From Terrimicrobiaceae bacterium (GTDB lineage Bacteria > Verrucomicrobiota > Verrucomicrobiia > Chthoniobacterales > Terrimicrobiaceae), in assembly GCA_041738805.1 (NCBI GenBank), contig JBGSPC010000069.1, positions 19,610 through 83,609 of the forward strand: 64,000 nt of DNA. Reading direction: 5' to 3'. The notes beneath the pieces are model-generated. The model made no database searches. It was not told the origin of the DNA and saw nothing but the letters and a program-made list of their open reading frames with translations. Position numbers and translations under genes: made by a program. This document shows, in pieces, positions 48,863 through 58,836 of the stretch (its first letter is position 1; each line of letters begins with the position of its first letter).

Positions 48863-49874
48863 TCACAGGCAGAATTTCAAGGCCACGCGTTTTCTGACGA
48901 AAAACTTTCAGATTATCCTCGGCCCCCGGCAAATCCATTTTGTTGGCCACAATGGCGGCAGGTTTTTCCGCGAGGGTGGGGTCATAGAGTTTAATTTCTG
49001 CCCGCAGCGTCCGGAAATCCTGGACCGGGTTGCGCCCCTCGCTGCCAGCCATATCGATCACAAAAAGCAGCAGGCGGCAGCGGATCACATGACGCAAAAA
49101 CTCATGGCCCAGGCCGCGATTTTCGTGGGCTCCTTCAATGAGGCCGGGAATGTCCGCGACGGTGCTGCGGGCATATCCATCCAGGTCCACCACACCAACA
49201 ATCGGATTCAGAGTGGTGAAGGGATACGCAGCAACTTTGGGATGAGCGGCGGAGATGTTTCCGAGAAGGGTGCTTTTTCCAGCATTCGGAAAGCCCACCA
49301 GACCGGTGTCAGCGATTGTCCGCAATTCCAGAGCAAACCAGCCCTCTTCGCCGGGTTCGCCATCGGTCGTTTGACGGGGGACGCGGTTTGTCGAACTCTT
49401 AAAATGCACATTGCCCTTGCCTCCGCCACCTCCGGCGCACAGCACAAATTGTTCACCGACGGCGGAAAGATCCGCCATGGGCTGCATGGTGCGGAGATCG
49501 GGACGTTGAGCGGGTTGGGCCACTTCTTCTCCCAACTCCTCATCCAAAACCGTGCGATTCAACCCCGCATCGTCCGGCAACGCATATATCAGCGTGCCCA
49601 CGGGCACTTTCACGAGTGTGGGGGCCCCATTGCGTCCATGCTTCTTTTTGCCTTTGCCATGAACTCCGCGTTTTGCCCTCAGGTTGGGGTCATAGTAGAG
49701 GGCCGAGAGATTGTCGGTGTTGGTATCAGCCTCCAGGATAATAGAGCCGCCATCTCCGCCATCTCCTCCATCCGGCCCTCCGCGGGGAACGAATTTTTCG
49801 CGACGGAAGCTGCAACATCCGTTGCCCCCATCGCCGGCTTTGGCATGCACCCGGACTTGATCAACAAATTTCAT
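48789..49874 (-). CDS. obg: GTPase Obg (ObgE/CgtA)
   Basis: Obg fold with the glycine-rich N-terminal domain (MKFVDQVRVHAKAGDGGNGCCSFRREKFVPRGGPDGGDGGDGGSIIL). G-domain motifs G1 (GFPNAGKST), G3 (DIPGLIEGA) and G4 (NKMD) are present. Confidence 0.95.
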   Translation of the reverse strand: MKFVDQVRVHAKAGDGGNGCCSFRREKFVPRGGPDGGDGGDGGSIILEADTNTDNLSALYYDPNLRAKRGVHGKGKKKHGRNGAPTLVKVPVGTLIYALPDDAGLNRTVLDEELGEEVAQPAQRPDLRTMQPMADLSAVGEQFVLCAGGGGGKGNVHFKSSTNRVPRQTTDGEPGEEGWFALELRTIADTGLVGFPNAGKSTLLGNISAAHPKVAAYPFTTLNPIVGVVDLDGYARSTVADIPGLIEGAHENRGLGHEFLRHVIRCRLLLFVIDMAGSEGRNPVQDFRTLRAEIKLYDPTLAEKPAAIVANKMDLPGAEDNLKVFRQKTRGLEILPVSAKNMEGLESVKSLLATYFGKQKP

Positions 49875-51082
49875 GAGTTTTTTTCTATCAGACTTTTATA
49901 CAGAGCCGCCGTTTCGGAGGCGATGGCATCCCAGCCAAAATGTTCTTCCGTTCGTTTTCTGCCAGCGTGGCCCATCTTGATTCGCTTGGCAGGGTCAGCC
50001 ATCAATTCATTCACCCGCGCGGCAAAATCTTTGGAAAACTTTTCGGCATTGGCGGGTTCGAACGAACCTCCGGGTGCATGTTCAATGGGGACAAGGTAAC
50101 CCGTTTCCCCATGAACAACCACCTCTTTGATTCCGCCGGTGTTTGTGGCAATCACGGCTGTGTTGCAGGCCATGGCCTCCAGGTTGATGATTCCGAAGGG
50201 TTCGTAAATCGAAGGGCACAAAAAAGCCGACGCATGGGAATAGAGCTCAATCTTAGATTTGTTATCCAGCATTTCCTCGATCCAAACAATGCCCCCCCTG
50301 GCCCGTTGAGCCTGGGCCACGGCCTGTTTCATTTCAGCGGCAATTTCCGGTGTGTCAGGAGCTCCCGCACAAAGCACGACTTGGAAGCCAGGGTTGAAGG
50401 ATTTGATGGCATTGACGAGGTGAATGATGCCTTTTTGTCGTGTGATCCGTCCCAGAAACATCACGTAGGGCTCGACGGGGTTGATGCCATAGCGCTTCAG
50501 CGTGGCCCGGCTTTCCACATTATGATACTCCTGCAGGTCGATCCCATTATGGATCACGGAAATCTTTGCGGGGTCGATGGAAAACAGTTTGAGCAAATCC
50601 TCACGGGTGTCGTTTGAGACCGCGATGATCGCATCGGCCATTTCCAGCGCCGTCTTCTCGAGCCAGCAGGTGAAATCATAGCCGCCGCCAAGTTGCTCAC
50701 GTTTCCACGGGCGCAGCGGTTCAAGGGAATGCACGGTGACCACCAGGGGGAGGCCGTAATTCAGTTTTGCCAGAATGCCTGCCCAATGACTGTACCACGT
50801 GTGACAATGGACGACCCCGGCATCGATGCCGGCTGTGTTAAAATCCAGACATCGTTGCACGGCCCCAAAGATAGGCCGCAGGGCATCCGGATATTTGCCA
50901 TTGACGGCCGGCGCTGGAAATCCGGTGACCGAAAGCTGATCCTTGGAGCAGTGCTGATCCCCGAAGCATCGTACCTGAACCGTCAGGAGTTTTGCGAGCG
51001 CGCGGCTGAGGTATTGCACATGGACTCCCGCCCCCCCATAGATATGAGGGGGATATTCGTTGGTGAGGAAAAGAACTTTCAC
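49871..51082 (-). CDS. GT4-family glycosyltransferase, glycogen-synthase-like (Corynebacterium-type GlgA family)
   Basis: N-terminus MKVLFLTNEYPPHIYGGAGVHVQYLSRAL and the GT4 E-x7-E region (PSIYEPFGIINLEAMACNTAVIATNTGGIKEVV). Its stop overlaps the obg start (ATGA). Confidence 0.8.
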   Translation of the reverse strand: MKVLFLTNEYPPHIYGGAGVHVQYLSRALAKLLTVQVRCFGDQHCSKDQLSVTGFPAPAVNGKYPDALRPIFGAVQRCLDFNTAGIDAGVVHCHTWYSHWAGILAKLNYGLPLVVTVHSLEPLRPWKREQLGGGYDFTCWLEKTALEMADAIIAVSNDTREDLLKLFSIDPAKISVIHNGIDLQEYHNVESRATLKRYGINPVEPYVMFLGRITRQKGIIHLVNAIKSFNPGFQVVLCAGAPDTPEIAAEMKQAVAQAQRARGGIVWIEEMLDNKSKIELYSHASAFLCPSIYEPFGIINLEAMACNTAVIATNTGGIKEVVVHGETGYLVPIEHAPGGSFEPANAEKFSKDFAARVNELMADPAKRIKMGHAGRKRTEEHFGWDAIASETAALYKSLIEKNS

Positions 51083-51144
51083 CCCCCCAGCCTATCAACC
51101 TTTGAAGGATGGGCAAGATGTCGTCTTGAGGCAAAACCGCCACC

Positions 51145-53364
51145 TCAGAACTCAATCTTCAATCCCGCATACCAGTTTCGCGGCATGGCGGGATCAATGC
51201 CATCGGAACGGATGCGAGCGTAATAATCCCGATTGAAGATATTATTCACCCCGCCAATGACACTCACATAGTCCTTATAAACCTTGGCTTCCACGGTGAG
51301 ATCCCAAACATCATACGCTGGAATAAAGCGTTGACCGGTATTCGTGTCATCGGCAAAACTTGATCCCACAAAATTTCCAAGGAAGGCGACTTTGACGGTA
51401 TCCCGCCAATTATAAATCACCCCAACCCGGAAGAGATATTCTGACAGGTATTGCGGTGTGTTGCCGGTGTTCGGGCCGGAAATAAACTCCCCATGTTGAA
51501 GCGTCAGGGCTGTGAAAGCACTCAATGACCCATATTGATCCACCCAGCTCGAATGACGCACAGGATTTTTGTCAATGACCCCTTTGCCGGGCTCCTCAGC
51601 TGCGCCCGGCTTGTTAAAGAGCGCATCGGCAAGGCCAACAAAATCCAATTCAGTGTATAGATCCCAGCCATACACAAACGACCGCCCCGAGTTTTGGATG
51701 ACCGTGATGTTCCCATTATCCGTCGTGCTGGTTCCGATCTGATCCGACGTGTCGACCATAAAAAAGCTCGTATCCCAGGTGAGCCAGGGCGTGGGATTGC
51801 CTCGGAATCCCATCTCATAATTCCATGTGAAACTCTCATTCAAATTCCCTGCCACGACCGTGTTTGGTGTGGTGGGCACTGCCTGGGTAAAAATGGGGGG
51901 GCGGTAAGCCTGTGAGACATTGGCGTAGGCTTGAACCTCCGGGAAAAACGAATATTCCAAACCAAGCCCGAACAGCGGCACGAAGTTGAAGGCCGTGCTG
52001 TCGGAAAGCGATTCTCCGGCAGCCGCCTTGGCCACGTTCTTTTTTTCCTTCACCGATTGCCAGATGCTCTCCATCCGGACTCCCGGAGTGATGGAAAGAT
52101 TTCCAAACGTGAATTTGTTTTCCGCAAACACGGAATAATACCACGTCGTGCGATCGTTCTGATTCTGGATGGGACCGCTCATGGCTGTGGGGCTCTGACC
52201 GCTGGCATCCACACGGGGTGAGTAGGTGTTATAAAGCATCATGCCACCGGTCACCGTGTGCGTCTGGCCGAAAGCATCCCAGTCATGCCGGATCCGTGGC
52301 TCGACACCAAAGGTGTAAAACTGCTGGGTTTCGAGCTGATTGGTTTGTGCTGCCGGACCTGTGGGCAGCGTTCCAAATCCGCCGCCACGCTGACGCCGGC
52401 TGAAACGCTGATAATAATCCCACCACCCGCGGAAGGTGAAAAGCGTCCGGTCGCTGATATCCCATTCGTGAATCAACGAAGCAGAATACCGGCTGATCCG
52501 CATCCGATCAAAAAATCGCGAGGTCGCATTCCGGTTCTTGTCATAGTTCACCGCATTCGGTCCATCCTCAAGCGTGAGTCCGCCTGGCTCCCCGTGGATC
52601 TCATCGTAGGCGGTCAGATTCAAATACCAGCGTCGCGGGCCTGTGGCATCCAAAGCGAAAGTCCCGCCCCACCCATTCAGAAAAAAATCACTGTTCGCCT
52701 CGCGGAAGCCTTCGGTTTGACGATGATTGTAATATCCCAAATATCCAAAGCGGCCGATCGATCCGCCCACGGACGTGAAATTCGAATAATACCCGAAGCT
52801 TCCCACAAGGTTCATGGACTCCAGTTCAAACGGAGTATCTGTTGGGGGCTTTTTCATCACAAAATTAATGGCTCCAGCCGGCTGGGGACCATACATGAGC
52901 GCCGCACCACCCCGGACAAACTCAATCCGCTCAACCGCATCAAACGGCGGTGTGTAATAGGCCTCGGGATATCCCAGCATGTCCGCATGGATGGGAATCC
53001 CATCCTCCAACACCTGAAGAAATTGCATGCGATGCGGATCGTATCCCCGGTAGCCAATACTGACCAAAGGGGTGCTTTCTTCTGACAAAATCAAGCCCGG
53101 CGTTTTTGCAATCGCCTGACGGTAGTTTCCATTCGAAATTTCCGGCAACTCCTCCAGCCGGATATTGGAGGTCTTTTTGCCGGCATTGATTTTTGTCCCC
53201 TCCACATCCGGAAGGAAGGGGCCTTCGGTTTGACGATCATAGTCCGCCTCCACTTGAACCTCCTCCACACGCTCAACCTCTTGGGCCACCAAAAAAGTCG
53301 GGATCATAGCCACCGCACCCATCACTGTCTGCCAGCGCCTCACAAATTTTCTATATCGTTTCAT
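51145..53364 (-). CDS. TonB-dependent outer-membrane receptor
   Basis: Signal peptide, then a plug domain with a TonB-box-like N-terminal region. It has a long beta-barrel and ends in the terminal aromatic motif (WYAGLKIEF). Confidence 0.85.
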   Translation of the reverse strand: MKRYRKFVRRWQTVMGAVAMIPTFLVAQEVERVEEVQVEADYDRQTEGPFLPDVEGTKINAGKKTSNIRLEELPEISNGNYRQAIAKTPGLILSEESTPLVSIGYRGYDPHRMQFLQVLEDGIPIHADMLGYPEAYYTPPFDAVERIEFVRGGAALMYGPQPAGAINFVMKKPPTDTPFELESMNLVGSFGYYSNFTSVGGSIGRFGYLGYYNHRQTEGFREANSDFFLNGWGGTFALDATGPRRWYLNLTAYDEIHGEPGGLTLEDGPNAVNYDKNRNATSRFFDRMRISRYSASLIHEWDISDRTLFTFRGWWDYYQRFSRRQRGGGFGTLPTGPAAQTNQLETQQFYTFGVEPRIRHDWDAFGQTHTVTGGMMLYNTYSPRVDASGQSPTAMSGPIQNQNDRTTWYYSVFAENKFTFGNLSITPGVRMESIWQSVKEKKNVAKAAAGESLSDSTAFNFVPLFGLGLEYSFFPEVQAYANVSQAYRPPIFTQAVPTTPNTVVAGNLNESFTWNYEMGFRGNPTPWLTWDTSFFMVDTSDQIGTSTTDNGNITVIQNSGRSFVYGWDLYTELDFVGLADALFNKPGAAEEPGKGVIDKNPVRHSSWVDQYGSLSAFTALTLQHGEFISGPNTGNTPQYLSEYLFRVGVIYNWRDTVKVAFLGNFVGSSFADDTNTGQRFIPAYDVWDLTVEAKVYKDYVSVIGGVNNIFNRDYYARIRSDGIDPAMPRNWYAGLKIEF

Positions 53365-53457
53365 CGCCGGACGGTTTATTGAGACACAGTCTTAATTGCA
53401 AGAATTAAAAGAGAATTGGTCTCAATATCATTAGTCTTGCCGGAATAAGCCCAATCT
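53365..53457. promoter_or_regulatory. Divergent TonB-dependent-receptor / exbB promoter region with AT-rich inverted repeat (candidate metalloregulator operator)
   Basis: TATTGAGACacagtcTTAATTGCAAGAATTAAaagagaattgGTCTCAATA. An outer 8-bp IR (ATTGAGAC...GTCTCAAT) encloses an inner AT-rich palindrome TTAATTGCAAGAATTAA. It sits between the start codons of the receptor (53364) and exbB (53458). Confidence 0.25.
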
Positions 53458-54159
53458 GTGAAATGTTTTCAGGAATTTATGGATCAGATTTTTGATTATT
53501 TTGTCAGGGGGGGTGTCTTGATGTGGGTGCTTCTGGGTTTTTCCGTGGTGGCCCTGGCGGTGATTGCGGAGCGGGCGACGGTGTATTTTTCGTATGGTCT
53601 CAACCCGGACGCGTGGTTGGCTGCGATGTTGGCAAAGATTCAAGAAGGTAAAGTCCACGAAGTTGACGGACTGGCTCGTGGGTGCCGGCATCCGGTGGCG
53701 AGGGTGGTGGAAGCGTATTTGGAGAATCGGGAGCGTCCGGCAAAAGTGCGAATGGACAACATCCGGCGGGTGGGAAGTTATGTGCTGGAGGACGTCGAAA
53801 AGCGGTTGCGGGTGTTGGCGGCCATCTCGCATCTATCTCCCCTGGTGGGGCTGCTTGGCACCGTGGTGGGGATGGTGGTTGCCTTTGCCACGATCCAGGA
53901 ATTGCAGGGATCCGCGAAGCCGGCGGATTTGGCCGGAGGCATCTGGGAGGCTCTCTTAACCACGGTTTTTGGTTTGGTGGTCGCGATTCCGAGCATGGCG
54001 GCTTTTCACGGATTTGAAAGCCATGCTGACAAAATTGCCCGCCGGATGGAATTGGCGGTCACGTCCCTGGACGACGTGTTTGCGAGCAGAGAGGGGACGG
54101 GTGATGATACCGGACTGATTCGCTCCAGTGGTGAGGAAGATTGGACCTCGGTTGGTTGA
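53458..54159 (+). CDS. exbB: MotA/TolQ/ExbB-family proton channel
   Basis: Three TM helices. The family-characteristic C-terminal TM2-3 region (LAAISHLSPLVGLLGTVVGMVVAF...LLTTVFGLVVAIP) is present. It is divergent from the TonB-dependent receptor and upstream of exbD-tonB. Confidence 0.85.
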   Translation: MKCFQEFMDQIFDYFVRGGVLMWVLLGFSVVALAVIAERATVYFSYGLNPDAWLAAMLAKIQEGKVHEVDGLARGCRHPVARVVEAYLENRERPAKVRMDNIRRVGSYVLEDVEKRLRVLAAISHLSPLVGLLGTVVGMVVAFATIQELQGSAKPADLAGGIWEALLTTVFGLVVAIPSMAAFHGFESHADKIARRMELAVTSLDDVFASREGTGDDTGLIRSSGEEDWTSVG

Positions 54160-54160
54160 T

Positions 54161-54568
54161 ATGTTCACCCGTCCCAAACGCCCCACGCACACCATCGACA
54201 TGGCACCGCTGATCGATGTGGTGTTTTTGTTGCTCATCTTTTTTATGCTGACCTCAAATTTTGTGCCGCCGGCGATTCCGCTCAAGCTGCCACATGCGGG
54301 TGGAGACACGGCTGCCCCGGTGGAAGCGGTGGTCGTGAGTTTGGATGCGGGTGGATCACTCTTTGTGGATGGGGAAATGGTGACGGAAGCGGGGTTTTCC
54401 GAGGCCCTGAAAACTGCCCTTGCCGCATCGAAGACCACCACCGTGCATTTTCGTGGAGACCGGACTGCGGAGTACGGGCGTTTTGTTGAGCTGATGGATC
54501 TCGCCCGCAAAGCCGGAGCCATACAGTTCAACCTCATCCATGATCCGAGCGCACGGCCTGCGCCATGA
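54161..54568 (+). CDS. exbD: ExbD/TolR biopolymer transport protein
   Basis: The ATG sits 1 nt after the exbB stop. ExbD N-terminal TM (IDMAPLIDVVFLLLIFFMLTSNF) and periplasmic domain follow. Confidence 0.85.
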   Translation: MFTRPKRPTHTIDMAPLIDVVFLLLIFFMLTSNFVPPAIPLKLPHAGGDTAAPVEAVVVSLDAGGSLFVDGEMVTEAGFSEALKTALAASKTTTVHFRGDRTAEYGRFVELMDLARKAGAIQFNLIHDPSARPAP

Positions 54569-55242
54569 AACGGCACGCCGGTCTCCTCTTTCCCCTTTTC
54601 CTTGCGGCATCGGTGGTCATGCATGCCTGGGCGCTGGGAGCGGGTAAAATCTCCCCGCCACATGTCGAGGTGACGGTGGCGCCGGTGTCTGTTGATGTGG
54701 TTCTCATTGAGGAACTCCCGCCCGAGCCTCCTCAACCGGTCAGCGCGCCCCCGGAACCTACTGAGCCGCTCAAGGAATTGCCGCCCCCGGATGAGGAACC
54801 CGTGCTCTCGACGCCTGTTGCCGAAGCCCCCCCCGCTCCAGAGCCCACCCCCCGCACCATTCAAACGCCGGCTCCAAAAAAAATCATTGCTCCCCCTGCC
54901 TCAAATCCAACCCCCCCCAAGCCCTCCAAGGCCCCTCAAGCTCGCTCTGTCGCCACTGGTGCCGTGACACTTGCCAAGCCGGAAGCGGCCAGGAATCCGC
55001 CACCGAGATATCCGGAATTTGCCAGGAAGAACGGTTGGGAAGGCCGGGTGATGGTCCGGGCCTCCGTGGACAGCACCGGGCGGGTGCGTTCCGTCTCGCT
55101 TGCCAGCGGATCCGGGTATGCCGTTCTGGACCAGTCTGCCCTCCAAGCCGTCCGCACATGGAAATTCCGGCCCAAAACCATTGGCGGTCAGCCCACCGAG
55201 AGCACCGTCGAAGTCCCCGTCAATTTCTCGCTTCGCCGCTGA
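54565..55242 (+). CDS. tonB: Energy transducer TonB
   Basis: It overlaps the exbD stop (ATGA). It has an N-terminal TM helix, a proline-rich spacer (PPEPPQPVSAPPEPTEP...) and a C-terminal TonB domain (YPEFARKNGWEGRVMVRASVDSTGRV). Confidence 0.8.
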   Translation: MKRHAGLLFPLFLAASVVMHAWALGAGKISPPHVEVTVAPVSVDVVLIEELPPEPPQPVSAPPEPTEPLKELPPPDEEPVLSTPVAEAPPAPEPTPRTIQTPAPKKIIAPPASNPTPPKPSKAPQARSVATGAVTLAKPEAARNPPPRYPEFARKNGWEGRVMVRASVDSTGRVRSVSLASGSGYAVLDQSALQAVRTWKFRPKTIGGQPTESTVEVPVNFSLRR

Positions 55243-55326
55243 CTGGGGCCTGACGGAGTCCTCCAAAAAATGCGGCCGCCGGGTGTCCCCACCCGGCGGC
55301 CGGTAACCACCAACCTCAACAAGTTT

Positions 55327-57462
55327 TCAGAAGCCGCTCCAGTCCGGGGCGACAGCGATTTCATCGATCACCGAATTCCGGGTTGCTTTGATCTGAATGG
55401 ACTGAACCGTGCCGATTTCCATGCCTCGCAGAGAGGCGGAAGGAGTTGCCGGAGGGGTCGGGCCAAGAGCGGGATTGATATACAGATCAACCTCATCATT
55501 CGCTGCACCTGCAACCCACGTCACGCGGGCAACTGCGAGCACGGTTTGACCGCTCACCAAAGGAACCGAACTGTAAGCAACGGTTCCTCCGCGACTGATG
55601 CCCCAGTTGCCATTGGTGCTCAAATCGCCAATGCGGATTTTTGTGACGCCGCCGCTTGCAGGCCCGTTAAGGTTCAGACCGGCTGTCAGGCTGCCAGTGG
55701 GATCTGCGGCATCCACACGCATCAAAAACATAATCCACAATGTCGTCCCGGGTTTGCCAAGTCGCGTCACTGCGTCCACATCCACAATCGTGTAATCCGG
55801 TCCAAAGGCCGCCATGTCAAAATCCCGCACGGATCCCACATTCGAGGCGAATGCCAGCGCATTGCCAATGGCATCCACGCCGGGATAGCTCAATCCCGGA
55901 GTCACGATATCATTCGAACCCGTCCATGTGGTGCCCAGAAGCCCGAGGTCATCGGCAGAGTCCGGAGCTGTTGCCACGTTCGTCGTTGGAGCATATCCAA
56001 AGCCTTCGTAGGCAAAAACACCACTTTCTTCGAAATACTCATAAGCCCCGATGTCATAAGGCAATGTCCGGGGATTCCCGTCAATATCCGCTGTGGGTGC
56101 GTTGGCCGCAGTCCCTGCATCAATCGCCGGTGAGTTGGGGTTTGTGGTGAAATCAAAGTTAGCATAGTCGGTAAAAAGATTGGCGTAATCTTTGGATGCC
56201 AGATTGTTGGTCGCTGTTGCCGTTCCGGCGGATATCGACACGGGATAAGCCACGATGTTGTTGCTCACGATGTTGCCCGTTGCGAGAACCGGCCAAGCGA
56301 TTTTGGGGGTCGCTGCATCCCCATCATGATCATACGTTTTGTGCTCATAAATGTTCACCCGGGGCTTGTCGTTTGGAACAGCCAGCTTGCCGGCTGCAAT
56401 GGTGTTGTTCACCACGCGGCAGTTGATTCCGCCGTAAATAGAGATCGCGTGAGCCACCACTGATGTGACAATCAGATTGTTCTCAATCACAAAGTCTTCA
56501 AACATGCCATCGAACAGACCGGCCCCCTGGCACTCCACAGCCAGAGGATCTGACGCTGGGTCCTGGTGCTCCAAAAACATATTGTTCCGCACGATAATGC
56601 CTTTCACCACCCCATACCCTGATTGAGCATTGCCGGTGACAGGATTGATTCCAGTCGACCAGCTCTGAAAGAAATCATCGTGGTTGGCGTCACCACCAAT
56701 CGGGTTGCGAACCACATTGTATTCGAACAGGCCATAATCAGCCAACCCGCGGATTCCGTCATTGAAGAAGTTGGTGATCGAATTGTTGGAGACCACGGCG
56801 TTAACACCCGTGCTTCCAACAGCGATCCCGAATCCCACATTGACGAGCGTATTGTTTGAGACCACGGAATTCGGCGAGCTTATTGAGATGGCTGTTCCAT
56901 CCGCCCGATTCTGCCAATCCGTCACAGTCCATCCGGTCGAGTCAAAGGCATGGTTCACCCGGCAATTCGTGATGGTGATGTTGCTGCATGATGACGCGAT
57001 GTTAACCAAAACTCCGGGGTCGTAACTGCCGGGGGCCAAATATTCCGGGCAAATATCCAGATCATCAAAAGTCCATCCACTAACTCCCGTGACGTTGAAT
57101 CTGCGGATCTGCGGAGTTGCTCCCGAGTCCGGTCGAATCGTGGCCCCATTGCCATGAGGGGCCTTGATATAAAATACCCCGTGGTATCCTGACCTGACAT
57201 GGATCACATCGCCAGGAGCGAAGACCTTGTAAGGAAGCGCGTCGAACACGGCTGACAGCGTGCTCCACGGTTGAGCGGCCGTGCCGGGGTTGCTCATGCT
57301 GCCGTTCACCGGATCCACATAGTAGTCGGCAGCGATGACTGCTCGTCCGTGTGCTGCCGCTAAAAGGACAGTCACCAGGAGCGCTCTCCTGAGGTGAGGG
57401 ATTTTATTCAATGACGCGGACAGGCCGAGGCCAATCCGCACGAGGGGAATGCGTTTGTTCAT
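55327..57462 (-). CDS. Secreted right-handed parallel beta-helix repeat protein (pectin-lyase fold)
   Basis: Signal peptide, then repeated NxxI/V..N..I.N beta-helix coil motifs (ITITNCRVNH; VVSNNTLVNVGFGI; VVSNNSITNFFNDGI; IVRNNMF). Confidence 0.6.
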   Translation of the reverse strand: MNKRIPLVRIGLGLSASLNKIPHLRRALLVTVLLAAAHGRAVIAADYYVDPVNGSMSNPGTAAQPWSTLSAVFDALPYKVFAPGDVIHVRSGYHGVFYIKAPHGNGATIRPDSGATPQIRRFNVTGVSGWTFDDLDICPEYLAPGSYDPGVLVNIASSCSNITITNCRVNHAFDSTGWTVTDWQNRADGTAISISSPNSVVSNNTLVNVGFGIAVGSTGVNAVVSNNSITNFFNDGIRGLADYGLFEYNVVRNPIGGDANHDDFFQSWSTGINPVTGNAQSGYGVVKGIIVRNNMFLEHQDPASDPLAVECQGAGLFDGMFEDFVIENNLIVTSVVAHAISIYGGINCRVVNNTIAAGKLAVPNDKPRVNIYEHKTYDHDGDAATPKIAWPVLATGNIVSNNIVAYPVSISAGTATATNNLASKDYANLFTDYANFDFTTNPNSPAIDAGTAANAPTADIDGNPRTLPYDIGAYEYFEESGVFAYEGFGYAPTTNVATAPDSADDLGLLGTTWTGSNDIVTPGLSYPGVDAIGNALAFASNVGSVRDFDMAAFGPDYTIVDVDAVTRLGKPGTTLWIMFLMRVDAADPTGSLTAGLNLNGPASGGVTKIRIGDLSTNGNWGISRGGTVAYSSVPLVSGQTVLAVARVTWVAGAANDEVDLYINPALGPTPPATPSASLRGMEIGTVQSIQIKATRNSVIDEIAVAPDWSGF

Positions 57463-57645
57463 TTTTTAGGGGGGTTTGATTTTTTGACCACAAAAGTGAT
57501 CAAGAGGAATATCAATCAAGTGATTTGGGTTTGTGCAACAAAAAAGTGCAGTATTGCGTAATTTTTTTGGAACCATTCCCTGTCTGCTGAGTGAGTAGGT
57601 TTGCGGGTTCTGCATTCCTGCTGTTGTCTCCGGGCGGCCTATGGC

Positions 57646-58836
57646 ATGGATGATGGCATGCCGGATTGTTTCGATTTTGATGTGGTGGTGGTGGGTGGAG
57701 GAGCCGCAGGATTAATGTGTGCGGCGACTGCGGGTCAAAGGGGTCGGCGGGTCGCTCTGCTTGAGCACAATGATCGGGTCGGCAGAAAGATCGAGATATC
57801 CGGTGGCGGACGCTGCAATTTCACGAATCTGGATGCCAGCCCGGCCCAGTATTTATCGTCCTGTCCCGACTTTTGCCGCTCCGCGCTGGCAGGATACCGG
57901 CCTTCGGATTTTATCGCTTTGGTGGAGGAGCACGGAATTTTGTATCATGAGAAAAAATTGGGACAGCTGTTTTGTGATGGGAGCTCCCGCGAGATTGTTG
58001 GGATGTTGGTGGAGGAGTGTGCGGCGGCCTCGGTGGAAATTTTTTGCGGTGTGGAGGTCGAAGCGGTGGAGAAATCCGACCAATTCCGGCTTCGCACACG
58101 GCGCGGAGATTATAGGTGCCAGTCTCTGGTGATTGCGACGGGTGGGCTTTCATTTGCCAAGCTGGGAGCCACCGATTGGGGGCATCGTGTGGCCCGTCGC
58201 TTTGGCTTGGGGATCACCGAACTGCGGCCGGGATTGGTTCCTTTGACGCTCCAAGCCGGCGCCTTGGGCCATCTGGGGCCATTGAGCGGGGTTTCCCTGC
58301 CGGTGCGAGCGCGGCTTCACCGGACAGAATTTCCCGAGGCTCTGCTCTTCACGCATCGGGGGTTGAGTGGCCCCGCTGTTTTGCAAATTTCGTCCTATCT
58401 TCGGCCGGGAGATGTCCCGAGCTTCGACCTTCTCCCAGGGAAAGATGCTGCCGCCCTGTTGTCCCACCACCGCCGCTCTTCCCTGACGCCTTCCTCACTA
58501 CTTGCTCACGAGTGGCCGAAGCGCTTGGCGGAGGCCTGGTGTGACTTGGAGGCTCCTGGCAAACCCCTGCAGCACTTCAAAGACCGTGAGATTGTGGAAT
58601 TGGCCCGCAAAATTTCCGCATGGACGCCACCGCTGGCCGGGACGGAGGGTTATCCCAAAGCCGAAGTGACCCTTGGTGGCGTGGATCCGCGCGGGCTTTC
58701 CTCCAAAACGATGGAGGCCCGCACCGTGCCGGGGTTGTTTTTTATCGGGGAAGTGGTAGACGTAACCGGCTGGCTTGGCGGATATAATTTCCAATGGGCC
58801 TGGGCAAGCGGCTATGCTGCGGGTCAAGCCGTATGA
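57646..58836 (+). CDS. HI0933/YhiN (BaiN-like, aminoacetone-oxidase family) NAD(P)/FAD-dependent oxidoreductase
   Basis: FDVVVVGGGAAGLMCAATAG...LLEHNDRVGRKIEISGGGRCNFTN is the diagnostic N-terminus of this family. The start is at the internal MDDGMPD. Confidence 0.85.
   Translation: MDDGMPDCFDFDVVVVGGGAAGLMCAATAGQRGRRVALLEHNDRVGRKIEISGGGRCNFTNLDASPAQYLSSCPDFCRSALAGYRPSDFIALVEEHGILYHEKKLGQLFCDGSSREIVGMLVEECAAASVEIFCGVEVEAVEKSDQFRLRTRRGDYRCQSLVIATGGLSFAKLGATDWGHRVARRFGLGITELRPGLVPLTLQAGALGHLGPLSGVSLPVRARLHRTEFPEALLFTHRGLSGPAVLQISSYLRPGDVPSFDLLPGKDAAALLSHHRRSSLTPSSLLAHEWPKRLAEAWCDLEAPGKPLQHFKDREIVELARKISAWTPPLAGTEGYPKAEVTLGGVDPRGLSSKTMEARTVPGLFFIGEVVDVTGWLGGYNFQWAWASGYAAGQAV

Noticed and set aside
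48705-50099. 464-aa plus-strand ORF opposite obg/GT4
   Set aside because: Antisense to the unmistakable Obg GTPase. No recognisable domains.
54700-54960. Pro/Glu/Ala-rich repetitive nucleotide stretch
   Set aside because: It encodes the proline-rich periplasmic spacer of TonB. It is an expected low-complexity protein linker, not a DNA repeat element.
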